From Thecamonas trahens ATCC 50062 (lineage: Eukaryota; Protista; Apusomonadida): 64,000 bases of DNA. The position numbers and the translations under genes are program-made. Location of the stretch: assembly GCF_000142905.1 (NCBI RefSeq), contig NW_013657673.1:62001-126000 (forward strand), in the 5' to 3' direction. The notes below the pieces were generated by a model. That model had not been told where the DNA came from. It made no database searches and saw only the letters and a program-made list of their open reading frames with translations. Shown here in pieces: positions 10,790 through 21,436 of the stretch (its first letter is position 1; every line of letters starts with the position of its first letter).

Positions 10790-13210
10790 TCAGCTGTCGG
10801 TCTCAGACAATGGACTCCGCTCCTCGACAGCGTATCTGACCAGCAGTGGGCTCACCTCGGCCGGGACAAACGGGAGGTCCGCCGAATCAGACGACTCGCC
10901 GACGAGCTCAGGCGCACCAAGTCGGGTCAGGTACGCGGCGTACGTTGCGCGCGAGATTCGAAACTCGGTTCGGAGGTAGTGGAGCAGCCTGCGGATTGCA
11001 CGGGTCCGCCAGCCGCGTTCGACGGCCTCGCTCACAGCGCCGATGAGGATCTCGACGTCGGCGGCCGCGCCCGACGCCAGCACATCCCGGACCCACTTGA
11101 TAAGCGCGGCATGCGACGGCGAGAACACTCCGCCGTCGGCAGTCACAAACTCCACAAGGCGCTGGTAGAACTTGCGTCGCGCAGGCGCAGAGCTGAGATC
11201 ATCCAGCATTCTCTCTTCCGCCGCCTCCCACGGCGACAGCGATGGCACGAGCTTGGTGGCCAGTGGAATGGCACACGCCTGTGCTCGAATCTCTGCCTCG
11301 GCGTCCTCGGCCCCATACCCGCCCGAGTGGTGGGTAGACTTGTCTGCCGAGTGGTGGCTGGGAATGGGAGGCAAGTCGACCGACTGTGCGCCGAATGCCT
11401 CCAATAGCTCGGCTTTGCGTCGCGCCGCTGCCGACTTGCGCCCGAGCTTGATGGCCTCGCTCGAATGAGTCAGCGCTAGCGCGTGCGCGTCTTCCATCGA
11501 CACTTCATACAGCTTGGCAAGTCGCCCGGGTGAGGTAAAGGTAAGCTGGCGCGAGACGTTGCGAACGTTGAGCTCGGCCATGAGCCACCGGTCGCGCGTG
11601 TGCTTTGTCGCCTTGAGCCCGTCGCGGAGCCGCTTGACTAGCGCGTCGTCATCGGCGTGATCGGCCTGGATGATGGCATCCGGATTGGTCTCATACATGA
11701 GCTCGGTCTCGAGCTCGCTCAGTGGATGCGCCAGCTCGTAGTCGAGGAGGGAGACTGGGGCGTGGACGTCGACCTGTGAGTACGAGAGGAGCTGCGCCCG
11801 CGATGACGAGACCCGCTCGAGCTTGAACCGCTCCCCGGCGGTGCGCGGCGTCGTGTGGCTGTCTCGGTCCTCAGCCCCGGTCTCCGGCACGTAGCGGAGG
11901 ACCGGAAAGAAGTCGCCGGCGGTCGGAGGGCGCTGGGAGACGACGGTCTGGCCCATGTTGGCGCCCTTGGTCCGAAACTCGGACTCGTTGACATCAGCGA
12001 TCAGGTGGCGCGAGGCCGTGAGTGGCCGCAGCCGCCTCGGCGGAGATCGCTTCGGCGCGCGATGGCGCGGCTTGGTGGTGTGCCGCCGCCGCGGCAGCCG
12101 CCGGCGCACTGCAGGCGTCGACAGCCGAGATGAGGCCAGCGTCGATGGTGTTGACGGCGTCGACGGTGTCGATGCTCGCGAGCGCTGGCGAAGCCGCTGA
12201 CGCGCAAATGAGACTCGCGAGCCCGGTCGGTGCAAGTTGGCCATCGACGCCTCGGCAACCACCTCCGCAGCGCGCTCGTGGATGACATTTGTCGCCCGAG
12301 ATAGCGCTCGCTTGCGCATCTCAAGTTGCTTGCTCTCCGACGGCGAGAGCAGGTTGGCCGAGTGCGAGACCGACGACAAGTAAGACATCTCGCGCCCCGA
12401 TGCCGAGACCTTGGCCGAGAACTGCGTCTCGGTCGAAGGCAGCCACTTTGCGTCGCGGATAGCGCGCCGCCGCTTGGCACCGTTGCGAAAGGTGGGCGCC
12501 GGAATCTTCGACATCTTGGTCAGCGCTGCTGCCGCCTCGGCCACGTTGTCCACCAGATCACCGACGCTGTCCGAGAGCGAGAGCCTCCCGGTGGCTTTGG
12601 CGAGGTGGTGGCCGAGCCCGCCGGTGTCCTCGGCAGCAACAACTGCCTTGCCTGACGCCGCGACGCCGCTGCCAGCCTCGCCCTTCTCCCGCTTGCCCTT
12701 GCCCGAGAGCGAGGCGGCGATACGGCGGCGGTGCTCGCGGAGCGCTTGCTTGCGGGCGGCACGGATGCGGGTCCGCAGAGTGGTGCGGAAGCCGGGTGAA
12801 TCGATGTACGCCTTGATCTTGCCCCATCTTGTGCGAGCCATGATGGAGGCCGAGCCCTTGGGCGCCAGACGTCGTGGATCGAGCTCGCCCTCGAGAGCGG
12901 CCTCGTGCTGGGCGAGGACAAAGTTGGCCTCGGAGACAAAGGTCCTCCGATTGGCGGTGATCGACCGCGACTCGAGCGGATAGAGAGGGAACGCCGCAGA
13001 TGGAGTCGACCATTGCGGATCATAGACAGAGGCGTTTGTCTTGGCCGACTTGCGACTCCGTCGGATTTCAGCTGAGGACAGAGCGCTCGAGGGTGGTTCG
13101 GGCAAGCTCGGCACCGGCATGTGCTCGGTGATGAACGAGAGCACGTCCTCAGGTCGGGTTGGCGTAGCAAGCGAGCCCTGCAGGACATGTTTCCGTAGAT
13201 TGGCCGACAT
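10790..13210 (-). CDS. Hypothetical protein, 806 aa, basic/disordered with helical C-terminal domain
   Basis: Long ATG-initiated ORF with host-like codon usage; no family recognised. Confidence 0.7.
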   Translation of the reverse strand: MSANLRKHVLQGSLATPTRPEDVLSFITEHMPVPSLPEPPSSALSSAEIRRSRKSAKTNASVYDPQWSTPSAAFPLYPLESRSITANRRTFVSEANFVLAQHEAALEGELDPRRLAPKGSASIMARTRWGKIKAYIDSPGFRTTLRTRIRAARKQALREHRRRIAASLSGKGKREKGEAGSGVAASGKAVVAAEDTGGLGHHLAKATGRLSLSDSVGDLVDNVAEAAAALTKMSKIPAPTFRNGAKRRRAIRDAKWLPSTETQFSAKVSASGREMSYLSSVSHSANLLSPSESKQLEMRKRALSRATNVIHERAAEVVAEASMANLHRPGSRVSFARQRLRQRSRASTPSTPSTPSTLASSRLSTPAVRRRLPRRRHTTKPRHRAPKRSPPRRLRPLTASRHLIADVNESEFRTKGANMGQTVVSQRPPTAGDFFPVLRYVPETGAEDRDSHTTPRTAGERFKLERVSSSRAQLLSYSQVDVHAPVSLLDYELAHPLSELETELMYETNPDAIIQADHADDDALVKRLRDGLKATKHTRDRWLMAELNVRNVSRQLTFTSPGRLAKLYEVSMEDAHALALTHSSEAIKLGRKSAAARRKAELLEAFGAQSVDLPPIPSHHSADKSTHHSGGYGAEDAEAEIRAQACAIPLATKLVPSLSPWEAAEERMLDDLSSAPARRKFYQRLVEFVTADGGVFSPSHAALIKWVRDVLASGAAADVEILIGAVSEAVERGWRTRAIRRLLHYLRTEFRISRATYAAYLTRLGAPELVGESSDSADLPFVPAEVSPLLVRYAVEERSPLSETDS

Positions 13211-13460
13211 GCCACTATGCTCCCTCTCTCCCTACAACCGTACCGTCCCTCTGCCTGCGTTCTTGACTGAGCCAAGTACCTCTACTCCCCTCCCCTCAGG
13301 CTCCTCGCTGTCTGTCGCTCCCCGCAGTTCCGCAGAGTCGCTCCCCAACCGACTCGCTCGGCAACTCGGCTGGCCGACTCGCTCAACGACGTGACCTGTG
13401 CGGGGAGACAGTGGCAGAGGCAGACGTACCTGACTGTGCTCCTCTGACGGGCCAGTAGGT

Positions 13461-14555
13461 ATGGAGAGAGAGAGGCAAGAGCTGCTTACGGTAGGAGGGG
13501 CGGTGGCACAGCTGGTGGCAACGGGTGAGGATGCGCTTGTGGCGGCCGACTCGCTGGAGTGGCATCTGCCGCTGCCGTTGCTGGCAGTGACGGCCGCAGG
13601 CAAGAGGATGCTGGATGTGGTGGATCTGCTGCCACACATCGCAGCAGTTCATGATCCTACCTTGACAACTGCGGCAGAGGCTCAATCTCACTTTGCTCGC
13701 CTTCGACCGGCCCGGGAGGAGCTGGCACGTGCCATCGACGCGCTTGTGCCGCTCGTTGCCAGCGAGCAGGCGCCTGTTGAGGATCTGGCTCGTCTGCGAG
13801 TAGCGGTGCAGAGGAAGGCACGAAAGACTGTATTGCTTGCTGCTCGTGCTGCAGGGCTGCCGCCCCCGGATTCGTTTGATCGCGTCCGGCCAGAGCAGTC
13901 GATCCCGCTCGCGAGTCCAGAGTGCAGCCCGGTGGCGCCGCCAGAGATTGAGCCGGACAGTGGCGACAACCCCGATGTGACCCGGGATGCGGGAGATGGC
14001 TTGCTTGACGAAGCCTCCACGTCGAGCTGTGTGGGCAGAGTTGAGAGCACATCGTCACTGCTGGCGACGGTGGCACTCCTGCAGAACGAGCTGCGGCGCA
14101 AGGAGAACGCAGTGGCCGAGGTGCGGGCGCAGGCTGCCCTCGACTGTCGTGCGTTGACCAAGAGAGTGGCAGCGGCAGAAGCGACGCTAGCGGCGGAGCG
14201 CAGTTCTCACGCCGAGGCATTGGCTGCTGCCAAAGCCGAAGCCGCGCGGTACAAGACGATGGCGGTCGATCTGCTGTCGGAGATGGCCACGACGTCGGAC
14301 GAACTAGATTCTCTCGCTGCCATCAACGCGTCGCTGCAGGCTCAGGTGTGCGAGCTCGAGGCGACCCGGATCCGGACCGATGCGGTCGTTGAGCAGGCGG
14401 CTGCGCTCAACACCTCGCTTTTGCGGTCACATCACGCGGTGGTCCGCGAGACGAACGAGGCAATCACGTCAGTTGTCGAAGCGGCGGCGGCGCATGTGCC
14501 GCGACGAAATGCATCGAGCGGCACGTTTGCAACCTGTCTGCTGCCGGACGTGTGA
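13461..14555 (+). CDS. Hypothetical coiled-coil protein
   Basis: 364-aa ORF with Ala/Glu/Leu heptads in the C-terminal half. Confidence 0.6.
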   Translation: MERERQELLTVGGAVAQLVATGEDALVAADSLEWHLPLPLLAVTAAGKRMLDVVDLLPHIAAVHDPTLTTAAEAQSHFARLRPAREELARAIDALVPLVASEQAPVEDLARLRVAVQRKARKTVLLAARAAGLPPPDSFDRVRPEQSIPLASPECSPVAPPEIEPDSGDNPDVTRDAGDGLLDEASTSSCVGRVESTSSLLATVALLQNELRRKENAVAEVRAQAALDCRALTKRVAAAEATLAAERSSHAEALAAAKAEAARYKTMAVDLLSEMATTSDELDSLAAINASLQAQVCELEATRIRTDAVVEQAAALNTSLLRSHHAVVRETNEAITSVVEAAAAHVPRRNASSGTFATCLLPDV

Positions 14556-14569
14556 AGCTTGGCAGCGGG

Positions 14570-15795
14570 TCAGACCGGACCGTAAAACGCAAGCCGGTCG
14601 ATGACTGAGACCTCACCCTCCGCCTGGTTGGAAGCGACAAAGAGGGTGAGGTGATCGACGCGGAGGAACGCGGCGTTGTCGAGCATGATGAGCTCGTGGC
14701 CAAAGGCCTGGCGCTCGCTAAGATCGAGCTCGAGCGCCGGAATGGCGTCCTCGGCGTCGTCAAAGTCCATGTCCGGCGAGTTGATGAACAGCCGCAGGCT
14801 CTTGGGTGCCGAGCCGGCCGGACCACGGAGGAGAAGCGCGCCGAGCTTGACCATCTTGGTAAATGGAATGGAGAGCAGCAACTGCTCGTCACAGTCAGAG
14901 ACGACGCCGGCCGACGAGTTATTGAACAGCGCCCGGAGCGAGCGTGCCGAGTTGGACTCGTCCATGTTGAGGCAGATCATGGCGTCCTTGGCCACCACCT
15001 TGTCGAGCGACGACTGGCCGGAAGGGACGAGGCCGACTGCCGCAGCGCCGGCCTTGGACGCTAGATGGGCGGCTGCCGACGACGACGCGCCACCGGCTTG
15101 CCCGCTCGCGCTTGCGCACCCGTGGTCAAACTCGTGGCGGTGCTTAAGGCAGTGATGCTTGCGGCAGCCAAAGCACAGGTTCTGGACCACGCCTCGCTTG
15201 CTGCATCCGTCCATCGAGCACTTGTACTTGGCCTTGACCTTGACCGCATCCTGCGGGCACTCGCCCGACTCGACATGCCTCGCAAATGCCACAGATACTG
15301 TCTCGCCGTTGCCGACACCGACTGCTACAGTGCACATTGGACAGTTGAGGATCTGGCTCGATCCACCCGCAGCCGCCCGTGATGGACAGCTGTGTGCCTC
15401 GTGGCTAAAGTGTTGCAGGCAAAACACGCCCGAGCACGCATGGCACTTGAAGGGCAGGAAGTCTGTCCCCGCCCAGTCCAGTCCACCGCCCAGAGACCGC
15501 CATCGCCCAGAGACCGCCACCGCCCAGAGACCGCCACCACCATCGCCATCGCCATCGCCATCGCCATCGCCATCGCCATCGCCATCGCCATCGCCATCGT
15601 CATTGCCATCGCCGCCGCCATCGCCATCGCCATCGCCATCGTAAGTCCATTGCCATCGCCATCGCCATCGCCATCGTAAGTCCATTGAAATCACCACCAC
15701 CCACCCCCCTCCTCTTCCTCCACCTCTTCCTCCAACCTACCCAGCTGCCCACATCCCGGCTGACTGCAATGCGCACCCACGTCAGGGAACTCCAT
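14570..15795 (-). CDS. ZFAND2: ZFAND2/AIRAP-like AN1 zinc-finger protein fused to a C-terminal PITH domain; exons 15795-15741 and 15462-14570
   Basis: Spliced N-terminus MEFPDVGAHCSQPGCGQLDFLPFKCHACSGVFCLQH..H.C; CPMC..H....C finger; second AN1 (C....C...C..C...HCLKHR...DH.C); PITH motifs CLN, SDCDEQLLLSIPF, APKSLRLFIN, MDFDDAE, F..VDHLTLFVASNQ. Confidence 0.88.
15540..15676. repeat. (GCCATC)n microsatellite in the ZFAND2-PITH intron
   Basis: Direct hexamer run; it produces spurious DG/MA/SP repeat ORFs. Confidence 0.9.
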
Positions 15796-15959
15796 GGCAA
15801 CTGGCTCTGACACACGCCGAGAGAGAGAGCGCGCGCGAGGGTCAGAGTGGGGAGACGAGTCTGTACCTCTGTGCGCCGTATCCGTCCCTCTCCTCTCCTC
15901 GACCCTCCACTCGGCCAGAGTGCTGTGCCATGGCTGCGCGGCACTCGCCGCTGTGGAGG

Positions 15960-16420
15960 AGATCGCTTAAAAAGATCACGCGCATACACCTGCACAATGG
16001 CCAGTTTAAAGCGTTGCGGCATTCGTCTCCAGGTTGTAGATGTGGGTGCTTGGATTACAGCATAGACGCGCCCATAGTGGGTGGGCGACTCGAGGACGGT
16101 ATGCGGCACGGCCTGTGCCTCGTCGCGATCCACGACATTGAGCTCTACTCTGTTTTCAGCTAGATCCTGAACGCCGTTGTTGGTGTACATGGTATGGGCT
16201 TGAAAGAAATCGTCGTCGGTCTCGTTCGCTGACCGCGTCATTCGCCACATGTCGATGCCGTTGCCCGCAGCGATCGCCACCCATGTCGACCACAACCACA
16301 GATTGCATGTCGAAGGCTTTCGAGTTCACCATCTGCTTCAAGCCAGCCGCCCCGCTTCCGTCTATGCGTTCTCGTACCGGGAATTTGCACCAGCGCCTCT
16401 CACCGCCGTAATCAGGTCCA
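15960..16420 (-). pseudogene. Possible degenerate DNA-transposon (Plavaka/CACTA-like) coding fragment
   Basis: Lower-GC segment with stops. The peptide DFFQAHTMY..G...NRVEL...HYGRVYAVI...LAIVQVY loosely recalls transposase C-terminal regions; no TIRs seen. Confidence 0.25.
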
Positions 16421-16548
16421 AATCGACATTGCTGTCCTCGCGGCCGTGAGCACAGCCTCCACGCCACCTGCTGTCACACTCACCAGCTGCTTGGGACAAA
16501 GGTCGCGGTGTACCCATCGCCATGGCACTACAGCGCAAGCATCTCCCC

Positions 16549-18729
16549 TTACTCATCCAGCCATCGCTGCGCCTTGGCCCAAAGCGCCTGCCGCCGCTGC
16601 TTGGCCGCCGTCACCCGGGTCTTGGCCCGCCGCGCTCGCTTCCACGTCGCCCAGCTGCTAGCCACGAGCCGTACTTCGATGGCACGAGTGATGCTGGCCT
16701 CGGCGGTATCACGGGCCTGGCTCCGACTCGCTGCCATCTGCATCCACGCGAAAAAGTGCGAGCTGAGCCTGGTCTTGCGCCGGCGGCTTGTCACGGCGGC
16801 TTCAGCGCGACGAAGTGCCGCAACGCGCTGTGCCCGCATCGCCCACGAAGCAAGCGCCGATTTGAGGAGCGAGTGCGCCCGGAAGCCGTCGGCCGCCCGC
16901 GCATGCCGTGCCACCAGCTGGCGCCACGGTCCCAGCCCGCGGTATCGCAGTGCGGCTCGCGCGGCGAAAGCATCGGCTTTGGCCGCAAGCGCCTTGAACC
17001 GGGCCGCTGCTGCAGCACGTGCCGCCGCCGCCTCCTCGGCCTCAATCACTGCCGCTCGCTCAGCCGCAGCCCTGGCTGCAGCTGCAGCCGCAGCCTCAGC
17101 CGCCGCAACACGCACTGCGCCGAGCGCAGCTGCCTCGGCCGCAACAGCCCTGCCCAGCTTCCGCACCGCCCGCGCCCGCGCCCGCGCCTCCATCTTTCGC
17201 GCCCGTGCCTCCATTGCCGGAAAGCCAACTGCCTGCGCCACCGGACGGACCTTGCGATTCCGTCGCACCCGCTGTGGTGGAGCGGATGCAGTAGCAACCG
17301 GATCAGGCTCTACAACCCTAGTCGATGCGGCTGCGCTCGAGAGAACAGATTCCATCAGCGCCTTCCGCCGCTCGTGCCCTGCGCGGGCAACTGCGTCTGC
17401 GCGCTGGACTGCGGCGGCCGCTCGCCATCCAAGCAGTGCACGCGACATCAACTGCTGGCGTGCAAATGACAGAGCGGCCTGGGCCTTGATCTTCTCGGCC
17501 CGAAGTGCCTCGATGGTGCGCAGCCGCTCAGACACTGCCCGTGCCTTGGCTGCAGCCCGGACCCACGCGCCAAACCACCGCCCGCGCCGCTTCCACAGCA
17601 CCACGTCTTCGGCAGCTGCCCGAGACTGGACGAGTGTCACTGCCCGCGCATGCCAACGCCGCAGCATCCGTCGTCCTGCGGCGGCACGTGCAGCGTGGAA
17701 CTTGTCGTCGGCCGCCATCCGCGCCGCATGCAGTGCCTTCTCACGCGCTGCTTTTGCCGCAGCCTCGATCTTGGTGCGTTCGCGGGCGGCTGCCTCGCGC
17801 CGCGCCGCTTCGGCCGCGGCCGCCGCCTTGCGCGCTTTCTCGATCCGTGCCTTTCGAGCTCGCCGATCTTTCTCCAGCGCTTGGTTCCGCAGTCGCTCGG
17901 CCTGGGCCTCCTTCTTTCGGCGGGCTTCCAGGACCCGACCCCGCCGCTCGACCTCGGCCTTCTCGGCCGCGGCCTTGCGGGCAAGCACGGCTGCTCGTCG
18001 GGCAATTCGCCGCTGGGCTTTAGCCTCAGCAACGGCCTTGGCAGCCTCAGCCAGCTTGACGGGATCAGCTGCTGTCGCCTCCTTCTCCACCGCCCGCGCC
18101 CGCGCCCGCTTGGACATGGAATCGCGTTTGGCCGCGGCCTTGACCTCGCTCGGATCATCGTATGCAGGTGCCGCAGTTCCAACTACCTGTTGTCGCCATG
18201 CATCCAGCAATCCGCGTGCCTCGCACGCCACTGCGTCGGCAGCATCCGCATCCAGCAAAGTGCCCACAATCGTCGCCGCCGGCTCCTTCTGCGTACTCGC
18301 CCGATCCGCCTCGTCTTCCACTGCAACATTGCCATCCAGTCGCGCCAGCGGTGTCCGCGCCCGAGGCGAGCCTCTCGCCGGCTGCATCCGAACCAGTCCT
18401 CTGTTCAGCTCGGTCAGGCGCTTCTGGATCTCGCTCCCGCCCCAGAGCCCTGTCCGGCCACTCTGCTGGCCAGCACGAAAGGCAGCAGTCGCATCCACCG
18501 CTGCAAGCCGCCGCACCCGAGGCACGGCATTGCTCCCTCCAGCATCAGCGCTCGCATCAGCGCTCGCATCAGCGCTCGCATCAGCGCAAGCCATTGAACG
18601 GCGAGCAGCCGCAAGCACAGCATCGACATCGACATCGGTCTCGTCGAGCTGCGAGTATGCGTCAGCGAGGGCGTCGCGCTTGACGCAAGCAATCCAATGC
18701 TCAATGTCCCCCATACCCGCACGACGCAA
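16549..18729 (-). CDS. CCDC191: CCDC191-like coiled-coil protein with Sfi1-type (centrin-binding-like) repeats
   Basis: DIEHWIACVKR and AVACEARGLLDAW recall CCDC191 N-terminal motifs; regularly spaced L...F/L..W repeats; AMEARARK motif. Confidence 0.6.
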   Translation of the reverse strand: MRRAGMGDIEHWIACVKRDALADAYSQLDETDVDVDAVLAAARRSMACADASADASADASADAGGSNAVPRVRRLAAVDATAAFRAGQQSGRTGLWGGSEIQKRLTELNRGLVRMQPARGSPRARTPLARLDGNVAVEDEADRASTQKEPAATIVGTLLDADAADAVACEARGLLDAWRQQVVGTAAPAYDDPSEVKAAAKRDSMSKRARARAVEKEATAADPVKLAEAAKAVAEAKAQRRIARRAAVLARKAAAEKAEVERRGRVLEARRKKEAQAERLRNQALEKDRRARKARIEKARKAAAAAEAARREAAARERTKIEAAAKAAREKALHAARMAADDKFHAARAAAGRRMLRRWHARAVTLVQSRAAAEDVVLWKRRGRWFGAWVRAAAKARAVSERLRTIEALRAEKIKAQAALSFARQQLMSRALLGWRAAAAVQRADAVARAGHERRKALMESVLSSAAASTRVVEPDPVATASAPPQRVRRNRKVRPVAQAVGFPAMEARARKMEARARARAVRKLGRAVAAEAAALGAVRVAAAEAAAAAAARAAAERAAVIEAEEAAAARAAAAARFKALAAKADAFAARAALRYRGLGPWRQLVARHARAADGFRAHSLLKSALASWAMRAQRVAALRRAEAAVTSRRRKTRLSSHFFAWMQMAASRSQARDTAEASITRAIEVRLVASSWATWKRARRAKTRVTAAKQRRQALWAKAQRWLDE

Positions 18730-20089
18730 GATGATTACTAGCTGCTATCTCTTTCTCTGTCGTCTGCTCAAGACCTGGCGCCGTAAGTACAGAAGCTACG
18801 CAGGGAGTGGCGCAGGGAAAGGTGGTTGCCGTGGTTGGCGGACAGAGGTGGTGGCCGTGTTCGCAAATTTTGAATGGAATTTGGGTTCATCCGCGTCGAT
18901 CGGACGGGCGCAGAAAGAGGGGAGGGGGGGGGGGGAGGAGGCAAACATGCATGCATGCGTACGCATGTACAGTTTCAGGTATGTACAATGCGATGCGATG
19001 CGATGGGAGGCGATGTCGGATCAATGATGTCCGGCCAGCAAGGCGAGGGTGATGGTGACCATGATGATCGTCAGAAGAGTAAAAACGCTAACCCTTAACG
19101 GCACGGTCGTTCGGATGCGTTGTTGCGCGTCTCAAAGTGAACAACTCGGTGACGCTTGACCTCCAGGTCACCGGCCGATACGTAGACGCCGATCCGGAGG
19201 AGCGGTGGGCGCGGACGGTGCGGAGCTTGTCGTTGACGACCCCGACGACCGGGAAGGAGAGCATGACAGAGCTGACCACAGCGGTCGGACGGGAGAGCGC
19301 GAGGATGTTGTGGATCTTCTTGCGACGGACGACCTTGCCGGTCGGCGTGGCCGCGCAAGTGGTGGCACGCCATCGTGTACTGGATTCTGGACGCTGCGTA
19401 CGTGCTCTCTGCTGACACGAGCCCACGCCCCGCCACGACTCGCGTGGCTTTATCTACGACATCATCGACGCCCTCGCCGCCAGCGCCGATGCCGTCAGCT
19501 CTGCACTGTCGCGCAAGCGGAAGCGTCCCCTGCAGCGGCTGCTCGTCATCACCACTTTTCCCAGCAAGCCGCTCTGCGACGCGACTGCCTCGCCTGCCCG
19601 GAGGCTTCATGGTAAGCGATCGCGGCCGCGGACCTTTTGCGCTGCGTGCGGCGTCCATCTCTGCATCGCCGACTGTTTTCTGTTGTGGCAGCCAATAACA
19701 CATTGTACTACTCTTTCACAACAATCCATGGACGTTGTGACGTCTGTGGAGCGTCGCGGAGCGCGGCTTGCGCGACGGACGAGTTTGTCCATTCCGTACC
19801 GTAAAAATGTTAAAGTTTGTCGAGTTTGTCGAGTTTGTCGAGTTTGCGGCGGTTGGACGGAAGGAGGGACAAGCTTCTCTGGGTTCGAGTCCAGGCAAGC
19901 AGGATGTCTGGAGGGCGGCGAATGCATGGAGGTGGAAGTGGATGGTCTGTGTATCCGGGAATGGTGGCCAGCTCGCGGGGAGTTGCTGGAGGTGGAAGTG
20001 GAAGGCTGCGCGAGAGGCCGCGGGCTCGAGTGCCGTCGCCTGTCGGCTCGCCGGTTCGTGCCGAGGGTGGTGATCAGTGGGGTCGGGTC

Positions 20090-20917
20090 ATGGGCATGAT
20101 GTCGCCTGGCACCCGCGAGCTGGCTGCTAACACCTACGCCAACAAGCACGCCAAGTGGGTTGAGGCCAAGGCTGCTGTGCTGGTTGTGGAGGAATCGGCC
20201 GCCGCCCGCAAGCACCGTGTCCTCTCCCAGGCGGCACTTTCCGATCCCCCGCACCCTGCCGAGGCCAAGCCCCGGGCGCTGGCCTTTGCTGACGAGGTCA
20301 ATCTTCCACTCTGCCATGTTCTCCTCATTGATCCCCGTCCCAACAGGCCGTCTTCGATTCAGGTTACTGTCGCAGCTGCTGCTGCAGCGCCAAAGCCCGG
20401 CGATCTTGCCCTGGAGGAGCTTGCATCGCCCGCGCGCTCAGCCTTTGCCAACATCACCAACGCGACTGTAGCAGAGTCGAACATGGCGATGCGCAATGGC
20501 GGCGGCCGTAGCCGAGCGCACGCTGCCAAGGCTAAGCACGGCCCACGGGCGCCCCGCAGCAGCGGATCAGGCTCGACCGCCCGGGCCATGGCCCTGCACG
20601 AGCGCGAAATGCGCCAGATGCAGCTCAAGCTCGCCGCTATGCCGCTGCATCCGCTGCAGATGTTTGGCGTACCGCCACCTGGCCCGCACAGCATCCATCC
20701 TGCCAGAGTCCGCTCCGGCGGCTACCCTTCCAGCCATAGACCACCGGGCTCCAACTCTCGCGGACCGAGCCGATCGGCCGTCCCCCATGCTAACCCCAAC
20801 CCCAACCCCAACCCTAACCCCAACTCCAGTCTTGGCCACAAGCCCAAGTTGCGCTCTGGCTCCATCTCCGTGCCGATGTCCGGACCGATGCCGTCGTACC
20901 CGTCGCTCCTGCGCTGA
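20090..20917 (+). CDS. Hypothetical disordered protein with RVxF-like segment
   Basis: ORF from ATG 20090 with coding-like codon usage; contains KPRALAFADEVNLPLCHVLLI. Confidence 0.6.
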   Translation: MGMMSPGTRELAANTYANKHAKWVEAKAAVLVVEESAAARKHRVLSQAALSDPPHPAEAKPRALAFADEVNLPLCHVLLIDPRPNRPSSIQVTVAAAAAAPKPGDLALEELASPARSAFANITNATVAESNMAMRNGGGRSRAHAAKAKHGPRAPRSSGSGSTARAMALHEREMRQMQLKLAAMPLHPLQMFGVPPPGPHSIHPARVRSGGYPSSHRPPGSNSRGPSRSAVPHANPNPNPNPNPNSSLGHKPKLRSGSISVPMSGPMPSYPSLLR

Positions 20918-21436
20918 GCCCAATCCCAGGAGAGCGATCCTCATGTAATTACAATCTCTGTACCTTCTCCCCTTCCCCCTTCCCCCCCCCCCACCCACAC
21001 ACACACTTCACCCAAACCCACACTTTCATCCCCATCCCCGCCTCCCCAATCTACCCCATCACCCCACCCAGCACGACAGGCAGACTCGCTTCTCTCACCA
21101 GCCAAGTCACGCAAGCCCCAACACCTCTGCAGAGCCGGCATTCGACTCCAAATTTGAACACAAACCTCAAGGTATGCCCCTCCCCATGCAGCTAGTCACC
21201 GTCCTCCTCCATTCCCTGCCTGTCCTGCCTGTCCTGCCTGCCCTGCCCTGCACTCCCCTGCACTCCCCCCCCCCCTCCCCCGCCTTGCTTCGAACTCTGT
21301 TTTTTGTCACAGACGCTCTTCTCAAACCACTGACCTCACGAGCCGTGTGCCGCCCGCCCACCCGCACGCTGCCCCGCGCACGCTGCACACCATTACGCAC
21401 CACTTACCGAAACGGAGGAGGGGGGCAGTGATACAG

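Noticed and set aside
15463-15700. DG-repeat N-terminus of the AN1-PITH ORF
   Set aside because: It lies in an intron; the true exon 1 (MEFPDVGAHC) is at 15795-15741
16508-19027. 839-aa plus-strand ORF, and similar long ORFs such as 48570-50627, 52871-54403 and 57220-58908
   Set aside because: These are antisense shadows of real genes, caused by high GC and codon bias
19020-19400. Coding-like fragments on the minus strand (KKIHNILALSRP..., hydrophobic tail)
   Set aside because: Frames are broken, with no clear start or recognisable family; it may be a pseudogene but cannot be supported
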